From a virus (lineage: Duplodnaviria; Caudoviricetes), in IMG/VR virus record IMGVR_UViG_3300019781_000050, positions 1 to 44,460 of that record: a DNA stretch of 44,460 nt, one strand, 5' to 3'. The first letter of the stretch is position 1, and each line of letters opens with the position of its first letter. A program made the translations under genes and the position numbers. Shown here in pieces: positions 18,671-27,704 of this stretch. The notes under the pieces are model-generated. The model was not told the DNA's origin, did not search any database, and saw nothing but the letters and a program-made list of their open reading frames with translations.

Positions 18671-19393
18671 ATGGAGGGGAAGGCTAATAGACTTTCCGTA
18701 GTCCTCGCCCTCTGCTTCCTCGCGCAGCCGGTAATAGCCCTCACCCTCTCTCAGGTCCGCACCGAGGCGCGAGTACTTGCCCTCGACAACGGCTCTACTC
18801 GCAGGCGATTCTCAGACGCCCGCCTCAACGCATTTATCAACGAGGCCCAGAGGTCCGTCGTCCTTGAGGCGCGGCCCATCCTCAGGTCAGGTCAGTTTGA
18901 ACTCGCGGCCGGGACGACCTACTACTCCCTTCCTTCCGATTTCCTGCAAGTCAGCCGGGTCACGCTTGATTGGGATACACTCGCTGAAACCACCCCGGAG
19001 GCCCAAGATCGAGCCAGCGAGTGGCAGACGGTCGGGGCTGAACCGACCCACTACTACATCCACTTCGCCAGCCGAACGAAGATCGGATTTTACCCGTTCC
19101 CGGATACAGCCAGAAGCACCGGGACGGTGCGTTTCGAGTATTGGGCCCAGGCGACGGATCTCTCGGCGGACGCTGACGTTCCGTTCAACGCGATAACCGA
19201 GCTCAACCCCTATCACTACGCCTTGGCGCAGTACGCCGCGGCCCACATGGCCGCCATCGACGGAAAGGGCGGGATTGCCTCTCTCTACATCACCGAGTAC
19301 CGAGCCACCATCGAGCGCATGAAGTCCGAGGCCAAGAGCCGCCCGTCCTACCGCCCGAGCGCTTCTCCGTCTAATACGGGGCCGCCTCGATGA
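18671..19393 (+). CDS. Head-tail adaptor (tail tubular protein A-like) with Sec signal peptide
   Basis: MEGKANR-LSVVLALCFL-AQPVIA/ then LTLSQVRTEAR..FSDARLNAFINEAQ..YSLPSDF..G.PTHYY..GFYPFPD adaptor motifs; alternative start 18650. Confidence 0.8.
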   Translation: MEGKANRLSVVLALCFLAQPVIALTLSQVRTEARVLALDNGSTRRRFSDARLNAFINEAQRSVVLEARPILRSGQFELAAGTTYYSLPSDFLQVSRVTLDWDTLAETTPEAQDRASEWQTVGAEPTHYYIHFASRTKIGFYPFPDTARSTGTVRFEYWAQATDLSADADVPFNAITELNPYHYALAQYAAAHMAAIDGKGGIASLYITEYRATIERMKSEAKSRPSYRPSASPSNTGPPR

Positions 19394-22176
19394 AGCCGCT
19401 GGCGCGGCGGTCCGTCGTCGCACTACTCGCCCTCCTTTGGGGCTTCCCCGGGCTCGCGCCGGCCCAGGGAGCCCCATCCCCTTCCGACCCACCCGAGCAG
19501 GAATACGATCTTAAATTCAGCGGCGAGTGCGGCCTTGTTACCCGCTACGCCTCAACCCGGGTCAGTCCCGCCTGCCTGACCGAGGCCCAGAACATCGTCC
19601 TTGATGAGGATTTCACTTGGTCACGTCGGAGGGGGCAGTCGGTCTACAACGCCACGACCTGCACGGACGCCAAGTCGATAAGAGGGCTATGGCCGTTCGA
19701 CTCGACCGACGGCACCCGCTACCTCATCATCTTCAGCAGCAAGTCCTTTTTCTCAAGCACGGCCGGCGATTGCTCCCAGATAACGTCAAGCACCTTCAGC
19801 GCCACGGCCCCCATGAGTTGCGCCCAGGGCCTAGGGAAACTTGTTTGCTCAAACGGGACGGATGCCGCCGTCTCCATCGACAGCAACCTCTCCACGGCCA
19901 CGCTCTCCGGCATGCCCCGGGGGGAGTTGGTCGGATTCTTCCGCAATAGGTTCCTGACCGCGAAAATTCAAGGGGCCCTGACCCGAATCTACGGGAGCGG
20001 CGACGGGGACCCGACGGACTGGACTCTTAAAATCCCGGGAAGATCGACCTCGCCGTTTACTCTCGATATCGCCGGGACCAACGACGGGAAGGCGGTTACT
20101 TGCCTCCTGGGGGAGTACCAGAACGCCTATTTCGTCGGGCGTGATGACGAACTACTGGCCATCTACGGCAACGACCGCAGGGACTTCACCCTCCGCAAAA
20201 TCAGCGACCAAGTTGGATGCTCCGAGCCCTACAGCGTCAAGGAAAAGAACAACGCGCTGTACTGGATCAGCCGTCGCGGTGTCGAGAAAATGAGCGGCAC
20301 GGCCATCACCCGCATCAGCGACCCCATCCGCCCGACCATTGATGAGATTCTTGTCGCGGCGGGCAATAGCGTTTCAGTGACGGACACGACCCAGGCGGAT
20401 TTTGAGGCGGGCAACCTGGAAGTGTCGGGTCCTGGTGCGCCGATGAGCGCGACGATTAGCGCCGGGAGCGTTGTTGGAAGCACTTGGGCGGTCACAGAAA
20501 ATACGGCAACCCAATGGGCCGCCGGGACCAGGGTAAATATGAGTACCGCCGTCCCTGGGTATCTATATCTAAGGCAGGGGTCCTCCGCTGCCTTCACCAA
20601 TGCGGGCGGAGAATCGTCTGATTCATCGACAAACTGGAATACAAACTCGTTTACAAATATCGCTTCGGGGGCGTCATCTTGCGGGGCCATCTACGGGACG
20701 CGGCTTTGGTACGGATCGACTCCATCATCTTGCGCCCAGACTCTAACTTTCCAGGTGAAGAACGGGGCGGGGGCCGTTTTCTATAGCTCTGCCGTTGTTG
20801 TCGGTGCGACCTCATGCCAAAGGAAAACGCTGGCCATCGACACAAGCACCATGCCCGCCTCGATGGGGATACTCACGGTCGCGTCAACCAATGGGAAGTC
20901 TGCGGAGTCCGTGCCGTTTATTGTTGGAACGAGCATTGGAATCAAATACGAGAACATCAGCGGCGTCGGAGACTGTCAATTTGTTTGGGACATGGACGAA
21001 TCACAAATGGTTACTTCCGGGACCTACGTTACGCAGACTTATAACACCGGACTCTCAACCCCGACATGGGGGCCGTTCGTCGCCTCTGTCAGTTCGGGCG
21101 GGATGAATACCGCTCTATTTCAGACCCGCGTTAAGACGGCGGCTGGCGGATTCGATTCCGCGATTTCGGCCACTAACGGACTCCGGGTCACTTCCGCTCA
21201 AAAACAGTATGTGATTATCGAATCGAGCTATACGGTCGTCAAGACGACGAACGCGCCTCCTTACGTCTCCGCGCTAAACCTGTCAGCCGCCACCACCGGC
21301 TATTTCATCAGCCAGTGCCGCAACCCCGGGACCGCAATCACCTCCTGGGGCCTCTTTAGCTGTGACTCTGGTGGGTCAGGCGGTTCGCTCTCTTACTCAA
21401 TCTCAGTCGGCACGACCTGCCATGGTGTGACGCGAGCAACTGCCACCTGGGAGGCGCAGACTAATAACACCACAATAGAGGCATCGACCGCCACCTATGT
21501 CGCCTATCGGACCCTGTTTAACATCGACTCCGCGACCCAGACGCCGACACTTTGGGACTGCACGATCAACTGGAACGAGGGCAGCGACCGCCCGGACGTT
21601 GTGGCCGAAGTCTACCGTGACCGCTACCACCTCTATTACACCACCTCGACGGCATCGGGTTCTTACAACGACCACGCCCTTGTCTTGGACCAGAACGACA
21701 AGTGGACCATCTTCGACGGCGTAAACGCGGCCTCCGTCACCACCTTCAAGAACAAGCTTTACATCGGAGACTCCCAGGCCACCGGGAAGATCTACATCCA
21801 AGACGTGGGGCATGACGACTTGGGCGAACCGTTCACGATGCGCTTCCGCACCGCGGACCTTGATTTTGGGGACCCGACCAAGCCCAAGAGCTTTAAGACC
21901 CTGTACGTCATGATGCACTCCGAGGAAGAACCGACCCAGGATATCCCGGTCACGTTCCGCTACCGCATCGACGGGGCGACGACGACCTACTCCCTGGGCG
22001 CCTGCAACATGGACGAGGCGTCAGAAGTCGGGTATTTCGTCTGCAAGCTTCCATTCTCCGTCGATGAGGCAGTAGACGCTAGATGGCTTTCCGTCGAAGC
22101 CGAGTACACCGGCTCGCAGGGGCCCGTGCGAATCTACGGGATGAAATTTATCTACTCGCACAAGGAGCGCGAATAA
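19390..22176 (+). CDS. Tail nozzle / stabilisation protein (P22 gp10 / T7 gp12-like) with Sec signal peptide and inserted domains
   Basis: MKPLARR-SVVALLALLWGF-PGLAPA/; AQNIVLD..RRRG, DPTDW, VGCSEPYSV, RISDPI, FRTADLDFGDPTKPKSF motifs; 18 Cys. Confidence 0.8.
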   Translation: MKPLARRSVVALLALLWGFPGLAPAQGAPSPSDPPEQEYDLKFSGECGLVTRYASTRVSPACLTEAQNIVLDEDFTWSRRRGQSVYNATTCTDAKSIRGLWPFDSTDGTRYLIIFSSKSFFSSTAGDCSQITSSTFSATAPMSCAQGLGKLVCSNGTDAAVSIDSNLSTATLSGMPRGELVGFFRNRFLTAKIQGALTRIYGSGDGDPTDWTLKIPGRSTSPFTLDIAGTNDGKAVTCLLGEYQNAYFVGRDDELLAIYGNDRRDFTLRKISDQVGCSEPYSVKEKNNALYWISRRGVEKMSGTAITRISDPIRPTIDEILVAAGNSVSVTDTTQADFEAGNLEVSGPGAPMSATISAGSVVGSTWAVTENTATQWAAGTRVNMSTAVPGYLYLRQGSSAAFTNAGGESSDSSTNWNTNSFTNIASGASSCGAIYGTRLWYGSTPSSCAQTLTFQVKNGAGAVFYSSAVVVGATSCQRKTLAIDTSTMPASMGILTVASTNGKSAESVPFIVGTSIGIKYENISGVGDCQFVWDMDESQMVTSGTYVTQTYNTGLSTPTWGPFVASVSSGGMNTALFQTRVKTAAGGFDSAISATNGLRVTSAQKQYVIIESSYTVVKTTNAPPYVSALNLSAATTGYFISQCRNPGTAITSWGLFSCDSGGSGGSLSYSISVGTTCHGVTRATATWEAQTNNTTIEASTATYVAYRTLFNIDSATQTPTLWDCTINWNEGSDRPDVVAEVYRDRYHLYYTTSTASGSYNDHALVLDQNDKWTIFDGVNAASVTTFKNKLYIGDSQATGKIYIQDVGHDDLGEPFTMRFRTADLDFGDPTKPKSFKTLYVMMHSEEEPTQDIPVTFRYRIDGATTTYSLGACNMDEASEVGYFVCKLPFSVDEAVDARWLSVEAEYTGSQGPVRIYGMKFIYSHKERE

Positions 22177-23030
22177 TGGCTAACAACTCCCAAGGTTTCT
22201 ACGTCCCCGAACTGCCCGCAATCCCGAACGTGAACGGAATGGACACCGGGGCCAGCTACGAGAACATCATCAAGGCCATCAAGAGCATGGGCGACGTTCC
22301 CTCGCTCTCCCAGAGCCTTGTTCCCCAGGTCCAGGGCATCCTTTCCGACCAGGGCCAGTTCCTTGCGCCCCAGATCAACGCGATTCGGGACCGCGGCGAA
22401 GGTCTTGCGGCGAACGCTCAGTCCGACGCGACCGCCAGAGGTATCCGGGGCTCAGACATCGAAGCGGCGGGCATGGCCGGGGCCCGGGGAATGGCCCTCG
22501 GAGAGGAAGCCAACCTTCGCGGACAATTCGGAATGAACCAGTCAAACCAACTCATCGACGTTCTGACCAAGGCCATGTCCGGCGACCTGGAATCGGCCAA
22601 GCAACTCCGACTCATGCTCTCCCAGGCGATGGGTCAGGAGCTCGGGTCACAGCGCGACCTTGAGATGTTCCGCCAGTCGTCCGCAGACGCCCGCGAGGCG
22701 GCGGCGGCGGCGAACAAGGCGGCTCTGTGGGGGGCGGGGATAGGCGCGATCGGAGCGGGGGCTGGCGCGGCAGCGAAATACTCCGACGTTCGCCTCAAGA
22801 CCGACATCAAGAAAGTTGGTAACGCCGACGGCCTCGACATCATGTCCTGGAAGTGGAACGGCGAGGCTAAAAAACTCGGGCTAAAGGGCCGCTCGGTCGG
22901 TGTCCTGTCCCGTGATATGGAAAAGACCTTCCCGCAAGCCCTCGGCCGCATGAAGAACGGCTTCCGCACCGTCAACTACGCCGCCCTCCCGTCATCGGTC
23001 AGGGATGAAATCGCCCGGTTGGAGGATTAA
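22176..23030 (+). CDS. Ejection/pilot-like protein with C-terminal peptidase S74 (intramolecular chaperone) domain
   Basis: Gln/Ala/Gly-rich helical body, GAGIGAIGAG, then SDVRLKTDI...WKWN...GVLSRD...VNY. Confidence 0.7.
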   Translation: MANNSQGFYVPELPAIPNVNGMDTGASYENIIKAIKSMGDVPSLSQSLVPQVQGILSDQGQFLAPQINAIRDRGEGLAANAQSDATARGIRGSDIEAAGMAGARGMALGEEANLRGQFGMNQSNQLIDVLTKAMSGDLESAKQLRLMLSQAMGQELGSQRDLEMFRQSSADAREAAAAANKAALWGAGIGAIGAGAGAAAKYSDVRLKTDIKKVGNADGLDIMSWKWNGEAKKLGLKGRSVGVLSRDMEKTFPQALGRMKNGFRTVNYAALPSSVRDEIARLED

Positions 23031-24125
23031 ATGCCCGAGTTCATTCCCCGTCGAAACTTGCCGGAAGGGCTCGCCGCCCTCGTCGCGCAACTCCAAGCCA
23101 AACAGGGCCCGTCTCTTGCGGCCGGAATCACTTCGGCGGTGGACAGCATTTCAAGAGGCTTCAGTGATCGATTCGACGCTAAGGCAAAAATCGACTCCGC
23201 TGCACTCAGCACCAAAACTGCGGCGGACCTGGCTGCCAAGTCCAACTATGCGGACGTGATGAAGGGCCTGATCGCCCAGGGAATCGTCCCGTTTACCAAT
23301 ACAGATCAAATCGCCGGTATGCTCGAAGGGAAAGCGTCCCTCCCCGTCGGCCCCGGGAAGAAGGACATCGAAAAAGACAAGGACAGCATGACCATCACCA
23401 AGGAGATGATTGCCAACTTCCCGCAGTTCGTGAAGATGGGGTTCACGGAGGGCCATAAAATCCCCGTCTCCGTTTTCAACGCCAACACGAAGATGGAGAA
23501 GCCCGCGAAGGACGCGGGCCTGACCGAGGCGCAGAAGATAGTCGATAAGGAGTTCGCCAAGGAATACGCTGACTTCAACATCGGCGGCGGCTACGCCGAC
23601 GTTCAGAAGCAGCTTGACCAGCTTCGGGGCGTGGTTTCGACGCTTCAGGGCAAGGGGACGGCCGAAAAACCCAAGGGAATCAACGCCACCGGGTCATTCA
23701 AGGGACTTCTTCCTAAGGTCATGCGCGATTCCATCGACCCCGCGGGATCCGCTCTACAGGATCAGGTCGAGGAGGTCGTCCAGCGCAACCTTCGAATCGT
23801 CCTTGGCGCTCAGTACACCGAGAAAGAAGGCGCGGCGCTCATCGCTCGGGCGTACAACCCCCGCCAGACTGAGGCCGAGAACATCTCCCGCCTTAATCGC
23901 CTCATCACCCAGATAGATACCGCGGCTAAGGCGAAGGCCGAGGCCGGCGCGTACTACGAGAAGAACGGTTCGCTCGTGGGCTTCACCGGGAAGCTCTACC
24001 GATCGGCCAATGACTTCCTGGGCGATGCGGAGAAGAAGGGGCCAAAGACGGCGGGGGCCGCCGCGCCCGGGGCCCCGAAGGCTGACCCGCTCGACGACCT
24101 CATCAACAAGCACATCGGAGGCTGA
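23031..24125 (+). CDS. Probable DNA ejection (internal virion) protein
   Basis: Position; VDKEFAKEY, LGAQYTEKEG motifs; helical composition. Confidence 0.6.
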   Translation: MPEFIPRRNLPEGLAALVAQLQAKQGPSLAAGITSAVDSISRGFSDRFDAKAKIDSAALSTKTAADLAAKSNYADVMKGLIAQGIVPFTNTDQIAGMLEGKASLPVGPGKKDIEKDKDSMTITKEMIANFPQFVKMGFTEGHKIPVSVFNANTKMEKPAKDAGLTEAQKIVDKEFAKEYADFNIGGGYADVQKQLDQLRGVVSTLQGKGTAEKPKGINATGSFKGLLPKVMRDSIDPAGSALQDQVEEVVQRNLRIVLGAQYTEKEGAALIARAYNPRQTEAENISRLNRLITQIDTAAKAKAEAGAYYEKNGSLVGFTGKLYRSANDFLGDAEKKGPKTAGAAAPGAPKADPLDDLINKHIGG

Positions 24126-24128
24126 CCC

Positions 24129-26516
24129 GTGCCCGATATCGAACGCTCAAAGGTCCGCGCCATGCTTGAGGAGGCCCCGGAGGATCAGCGGGAGCCGCTT
24201 CTGAAGCGCCTTAAGGAACGCGGATTCAAGGTGGTTGAGGACGCGGCCGATGCCTCAGCCGAAGCAGTGGAGAGTCCGGGAATCGCCGGACGTGCTTGGG
24301 ATGCGGCCACGGCTCCGCTGCCCGTGCTTGGCGGGGTGTCGGATGCCGTGAGAACTGATATTCCCGGTGCTATTGCCGAGAAGGCCGGAGAATTGGGCGG
24401 AGGTCCAGAGATTCCGGTCCCCGGTTTCCTTGGGGGCGGAAGCGTGGCCGTCGGTGCGCTCCCCGGAATCGCGGGCGGGATGGCCATGGGGATGGCTGGC
24501 GAGGTCATCCCGAGGTCGGCACTTGATGTTGGCCTTCTGGCCACCGCTGGACCACTCGGAAGGGGCGCGGGAAAGATGGCCATGAAGGCCCTGCCCCCTT
24601 TGGAGGCCCGCGCCCCCAACGTCGTCAAGGCCGTCAAAGCGGCACTCTCAGCCGACATCCTGCCGACCGTGGCCCAAATCACCCAATCCAAGCCCGCCGC
24701 CGCCCTTGAGGAAATCGCGTCAAAGATCCCCTACTTCGGTCGCCGCATCGAGGCCATGCGGGCGGTTCAGGACCAGGCCTATCACGAACTGAGGGGCCGC
24801 GCTATCACCGGGGCGGGCTCAAAACTCCCCGGTTCTGAGCTCGGGGCAAAGACCCAGGCCGCCGTTTCCGGGGAACTGGCCGCTACCGCCGCCAAACGCG
24901 AGAAAATACTGACCAAGCTTCATGGCGACACGCTCAAGAAATTCGGCCCCTCCCAGACCACGGAGCAAATCGGCAAGCAGCTTGACGATATCCGCGTGGC
25001 CAAGACTGAGGAGGTCAGGAAGGTCGCGGGCAAACTTTACGAGGAGGCCGAGGAGGCCATCCCCCCGGCCCGGAATCAGGTCTACGACGGGAACCTTCGG
25101 GACACCGCCGCCGCTGAACTCAAGAAGTACGAAAACATGCCCTCGGCCTCCCTCGAAGGAAAGGCGAAAAAGCTACTTGAGGATTTGAAATCAGGCCCCG
25201 GAAACAAAATAATCGAGAACGCCGCCGACCCCATCCAGGCGCCGGACCCGCTTTTGTTTGGAGCATCGGCCCAACCCGAAGCAATCAAGGCCATCGTGGA
25301 GCGCAAGGCCTACACATTCTCCGAGATGCAGACGCTCCGCTCAACCCTTAACGGGATGATCGAGCAGGAGCGCATGAAAGTCCCGCCTGGGCAGATGACG
25401 CCCGAGGGGGCAATCTACCGCCGCCTCAAGACCTCCGTGGACAAGGACATCGCGTCCTTCTCCGAGGGGCTTCCAGGCGATGTGAAAAAGAAGTTCGACG
25501 TGGCTACCGCCTTCTACCGCGACCACTATAAGGCCGTCTACGCCAACGACACCATCGCCTCCCTCGGCCGAGTGGCAAAGGAGAGCCCCGAGGACGTTTA
25601 CAAGATGATTGTCAAGCCGGGTGACGTGAACGACATTCGCCGTCTTAAGAAAGTCGTCGGGGACTCCGGATTCGCTCCCGTTCGGCGGAAGTTCGTCGAA
25701 GGGCTCATCACCGGAGAGGATGGGGCAGTCCTGAGCGGTCATGACGTGACGAAGAACCTGGCGAAATACGGCATTGACACGCTCAAGGAAGTCCTGCCGC
25801 CCGACCAGTTAAAACAGGTCGTCAAGTACACCCAAACCCGCGAGATGCCGAAATTCCTTGAAACCGAGATGGAGCGCAAGCTTCGCGGACTCATCTATCA
25901 ATCCAAGGGCGTCTACCGCGCACCGGAAGATGTCGTTGCCCGGGTCGTTGACGGGGATGTGGCCACGCTTCGAGCGGTCAAGAACATCGTCGGCCGTGAA
26001 GGCGTCAAGCCCTACAAGCGGGCCATCATCGAGAATATCCTTGGTTCAGCGCCGGAACCTCTGGCCCTTCCCGGCCAGGCGGTCACTCCGACCTCGCTCC
26101 GCATCGGCAAGAACCTCCAAGCCTACGACGAGAACTTCTTGAAGGAGATTTTCACCAAGGCAGAGCTCGACGACATCGAGAAGATCGACGACATCAAGGC
26201 CCTGATGGAATCTCAGTCAGTCCTAAACGCCAACCGCTCGGGGACCTCAAGCTCGCTTATCGCCAACGGCATGGCGGGCGGAACGGTCACGCTCATGTTC
26301 CTCAACCCGCTCAAGACCGTTCCCATCGTCATCAGCACTGACATCCTGACCCGCCTCTACACCTCCGAGGCCGGCCGCAAGCTTCTAATCAAGGGCCTGG
26401 ACCCGAAGTTCTCCCGCAACACCGAAGTAGCAGGCAGACTCGCCGCCATCATCGCCCAGGTCCAGCGCGAAAAGGTCAACGAGGACAGGGCTCTCGCGGG
26501 GGCAGTACGAAAATAA
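24129..26516 (+). CDS. Large probable DNA ejection protein
   Basis: 795 aa helical, Gly/Ala hydrophobic patch, N.SGT near C-terminus; position typical of podovirus core proteins. Confidence 0.6.
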   Translation: MPDIERSKVRAMLEEAPEDQREPLLKRLKERGFKVVEDAADASAEAVESPGIAGRAWDAATAPLPVLGGVSDAVRTDIPGAIAEKAGELGGGPEIPVPGFLGGGSVAVGALPGIAGGMAMGMAGEVIPRSALDVGLLATAGPLGRGAGKMAMKALPPLEARAPNVVKAVKAALSADILPTVAQITQSKPAAALEEIASKIPYFGRRIEAMRAVQDQAYHELRGRAITGAGSKLPGSELGAKTQAAVSGELAATAAKREKILTKLHGDTLKKFGPSQTTEQIGKQLDDIRVAKTEEVRKVAGKLYEEAEEAIPPARNQVYDGNLRDTAAAELKKYENMPSASLEGKAKKLLEDLKSGPGNKIIENAADPIQAPDPLLFGASAQPEAIKAIVERKAYTFSEMQTLRSTLNGMIEQERMKVPPGQMTPEGAIYRRLKTSVDKDIASFSEGLPGDVKKKFDVATAFYRDHYKAVYANDTIASLGRVAKESPEDVYKMIVKPGDVNDIRRLKKVVGDSGFAPVRRKFVEGLITGEDGAVLSGHDVTKNLAKYGIDTLKEVLPPDQLKQVVKYTQTREMPKFLETEMERKLRGLIYQSKGVYRAPEDVVARVVDGDVATLRAVKNIVGREGVKPYKRAIIENILGSAPEPLALPGQAVTPTSLRIGKNLQAYDENFLKEIFTKAELDDIEKIDDIKALMESQSVLNANRSGTSSSLIANGMAGGTVTLMFLNPLKTVPIVISTDILTRLYTSEAGRKLLIKGLDPKFSRNTEVAGRLAAIIAQVQREKVNEDRALAGAVRK

Positions 26517-27361
26517 CCGCCCTCGTCTTGTTCCTCCTGTCCGGCCCCGCCATGGCCCAGGACGCCCCTTATTTTCCCAGGGCGGCCACTGAGGACCAGG
26601 ACCTCGGAGGGATAAACCAGAACTTCCGCGACCTCTCAGACCGCGGCAAGGACCTCGTTGGTGGTTCTGACGTTCCCGGGAATAAGTGCTTCGGAACTGA
26701 CGCTCTCTGCTACAACGACGCCGAGTCAAGGGCGGAGGTTGGGCCTAACGGGGTTTGCTTTGCGGATGGTACTTGCCAGACGACGGCGGCTGGCGGTGGC
26801 GGGGAAATACTCGGCTCTACTACTTTTTACGGGTACACAGACCTTCGCGGGTACACCCCCGGAGTATTCGTCCCGTTCTCAACAGCAAGCGTTTCAGCCG
26901 CGACCTCGTGCTCTTTCTCTGGGCTATCAAGCACCGTCACTTGGCGCATGGAGTGGGAACTGGCACAGAACACGAGCAACGGCTATTGGCAAGTTCGCAT
27001 CAACGGCGACTCCGGCACGAAGTACAGGTACGCGGTATTCGGGAATGTTGACAATGGGAACAACAGCAACGCCTACTCTACCGGGAATACGCGGTGGGAT
27101 ATTGGGGCATCGGTGACCGGGGACCCGGTTTGGGCGGCAGCGGGAGGAACGGGGTGGATTGAGTTCGCCACCATCCCAGGTTCAAACAGAGTCGTCATGA
27201 AATGCGGATATACCTATTTATCATCTGTAGTTTTTACAGTCACATCTACCGCGTGTGGAGGTTGGTACGACGGCACGACGGCGATATCATCGGTCGAATT
27301 GCTCACTTCTGCCGGGACCTTCACGGGGGATATTCTGCTGTCGAGGAAGGTTAAGCGATGA
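26507..27361 (+). CDS. Tail fibre/receptor-binding protein with Sec signal peptide; start probably ACG 26507 (track: TTG 26528)
   Basis: (M)KITALVLFLLSGPAMA/QDAP; INQNF, GVCFADGTCQTTA, RINGDSG..Y, AISSVELL...GTF fibre-tip motifs. Confidence 0.7.
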   Translation, partial: TKITALVLFLLSGPAMAQDAPYFPRAATEDQDLGGINQNFRDLSDRGKDLVGGSDVPGNKCFGTDALCYNDAESRAEVGPNGVCFADGTCQTTAAGGGGEILGSTTFYGYTDLRGYTPGVFVPFSTASVSAATSCSFSGLSSTVTWRMEWELAQNTSNGYWQVRINGDSGTKYRYAVFGNVDNGNNSNAYSTGNTRWDIGASVTGDPVWAAAGGTGWIEFATIPGSNRVVMKCGYTYLSSVVFTVTSTACGGWYDGTTAISSVELLTSAGTFTGDILLSRKVKR

Positions 27362-27437
27362 GCGAATATAGAAAGCCGAATTTCGGACACCTCTCAGACC
27401 GGGAAATCCTGATTGTCGCCGCGGAGGAGGACCCTTA

Positions 27438-27704
27438 ATGGCACGGAACGAAGGCGCCGAACAACGCCAGGAGGACCGCGACCGACTCAAGACTATCGAG
27501 CTCGCCGTCGTCGCCATCGAGAAGGCCATCAACGGAGAGCGCGGAATTGTGTCCCGCATGGATAACCACGGCGACCGCCTCCGCAAAATTGAAACCGTGA
27601 TGACCGTCGGAAGCGTTGCTTTTACCGCCGTCGGCGTCGTCCTCGTCTACGCCAAGGACATCGTAATCACCTGGGCCAAGAAAAAGATAGGGGGCGGGGC
27701 GTGA
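27438..27704 (+). CDS. XhlA/holin-like membrane protein
   Basis: Coiled coil (RLRKIE) plus one C-terminal TM and basic tail, directly before the endolysin. Confidence 0.6.
   Translation: MARNEGAEQRQEDRDRLKTIELAVVAIEKAINGERGIVSRMDNHGDRLRKIETVMTVGSVAFTAVGVVLVYAKDIVITWAKKKIGGGA

Noticed and set aside
17601-27361. Interpretation as a domesticated host secretion or tailocin locus explaining the signal peptides
   Set aside because: Intact terminase, portal, capsid, integrase, attP, replication genes and circularity argue for an autonomous phage
27358-27438. 26-codon ORF possibly frameshifted into the XhlA-like gene
   Set aside because: The downstream gene has its own GGAGGAGG RBS and TAATG coupling; no slippery sequence evident
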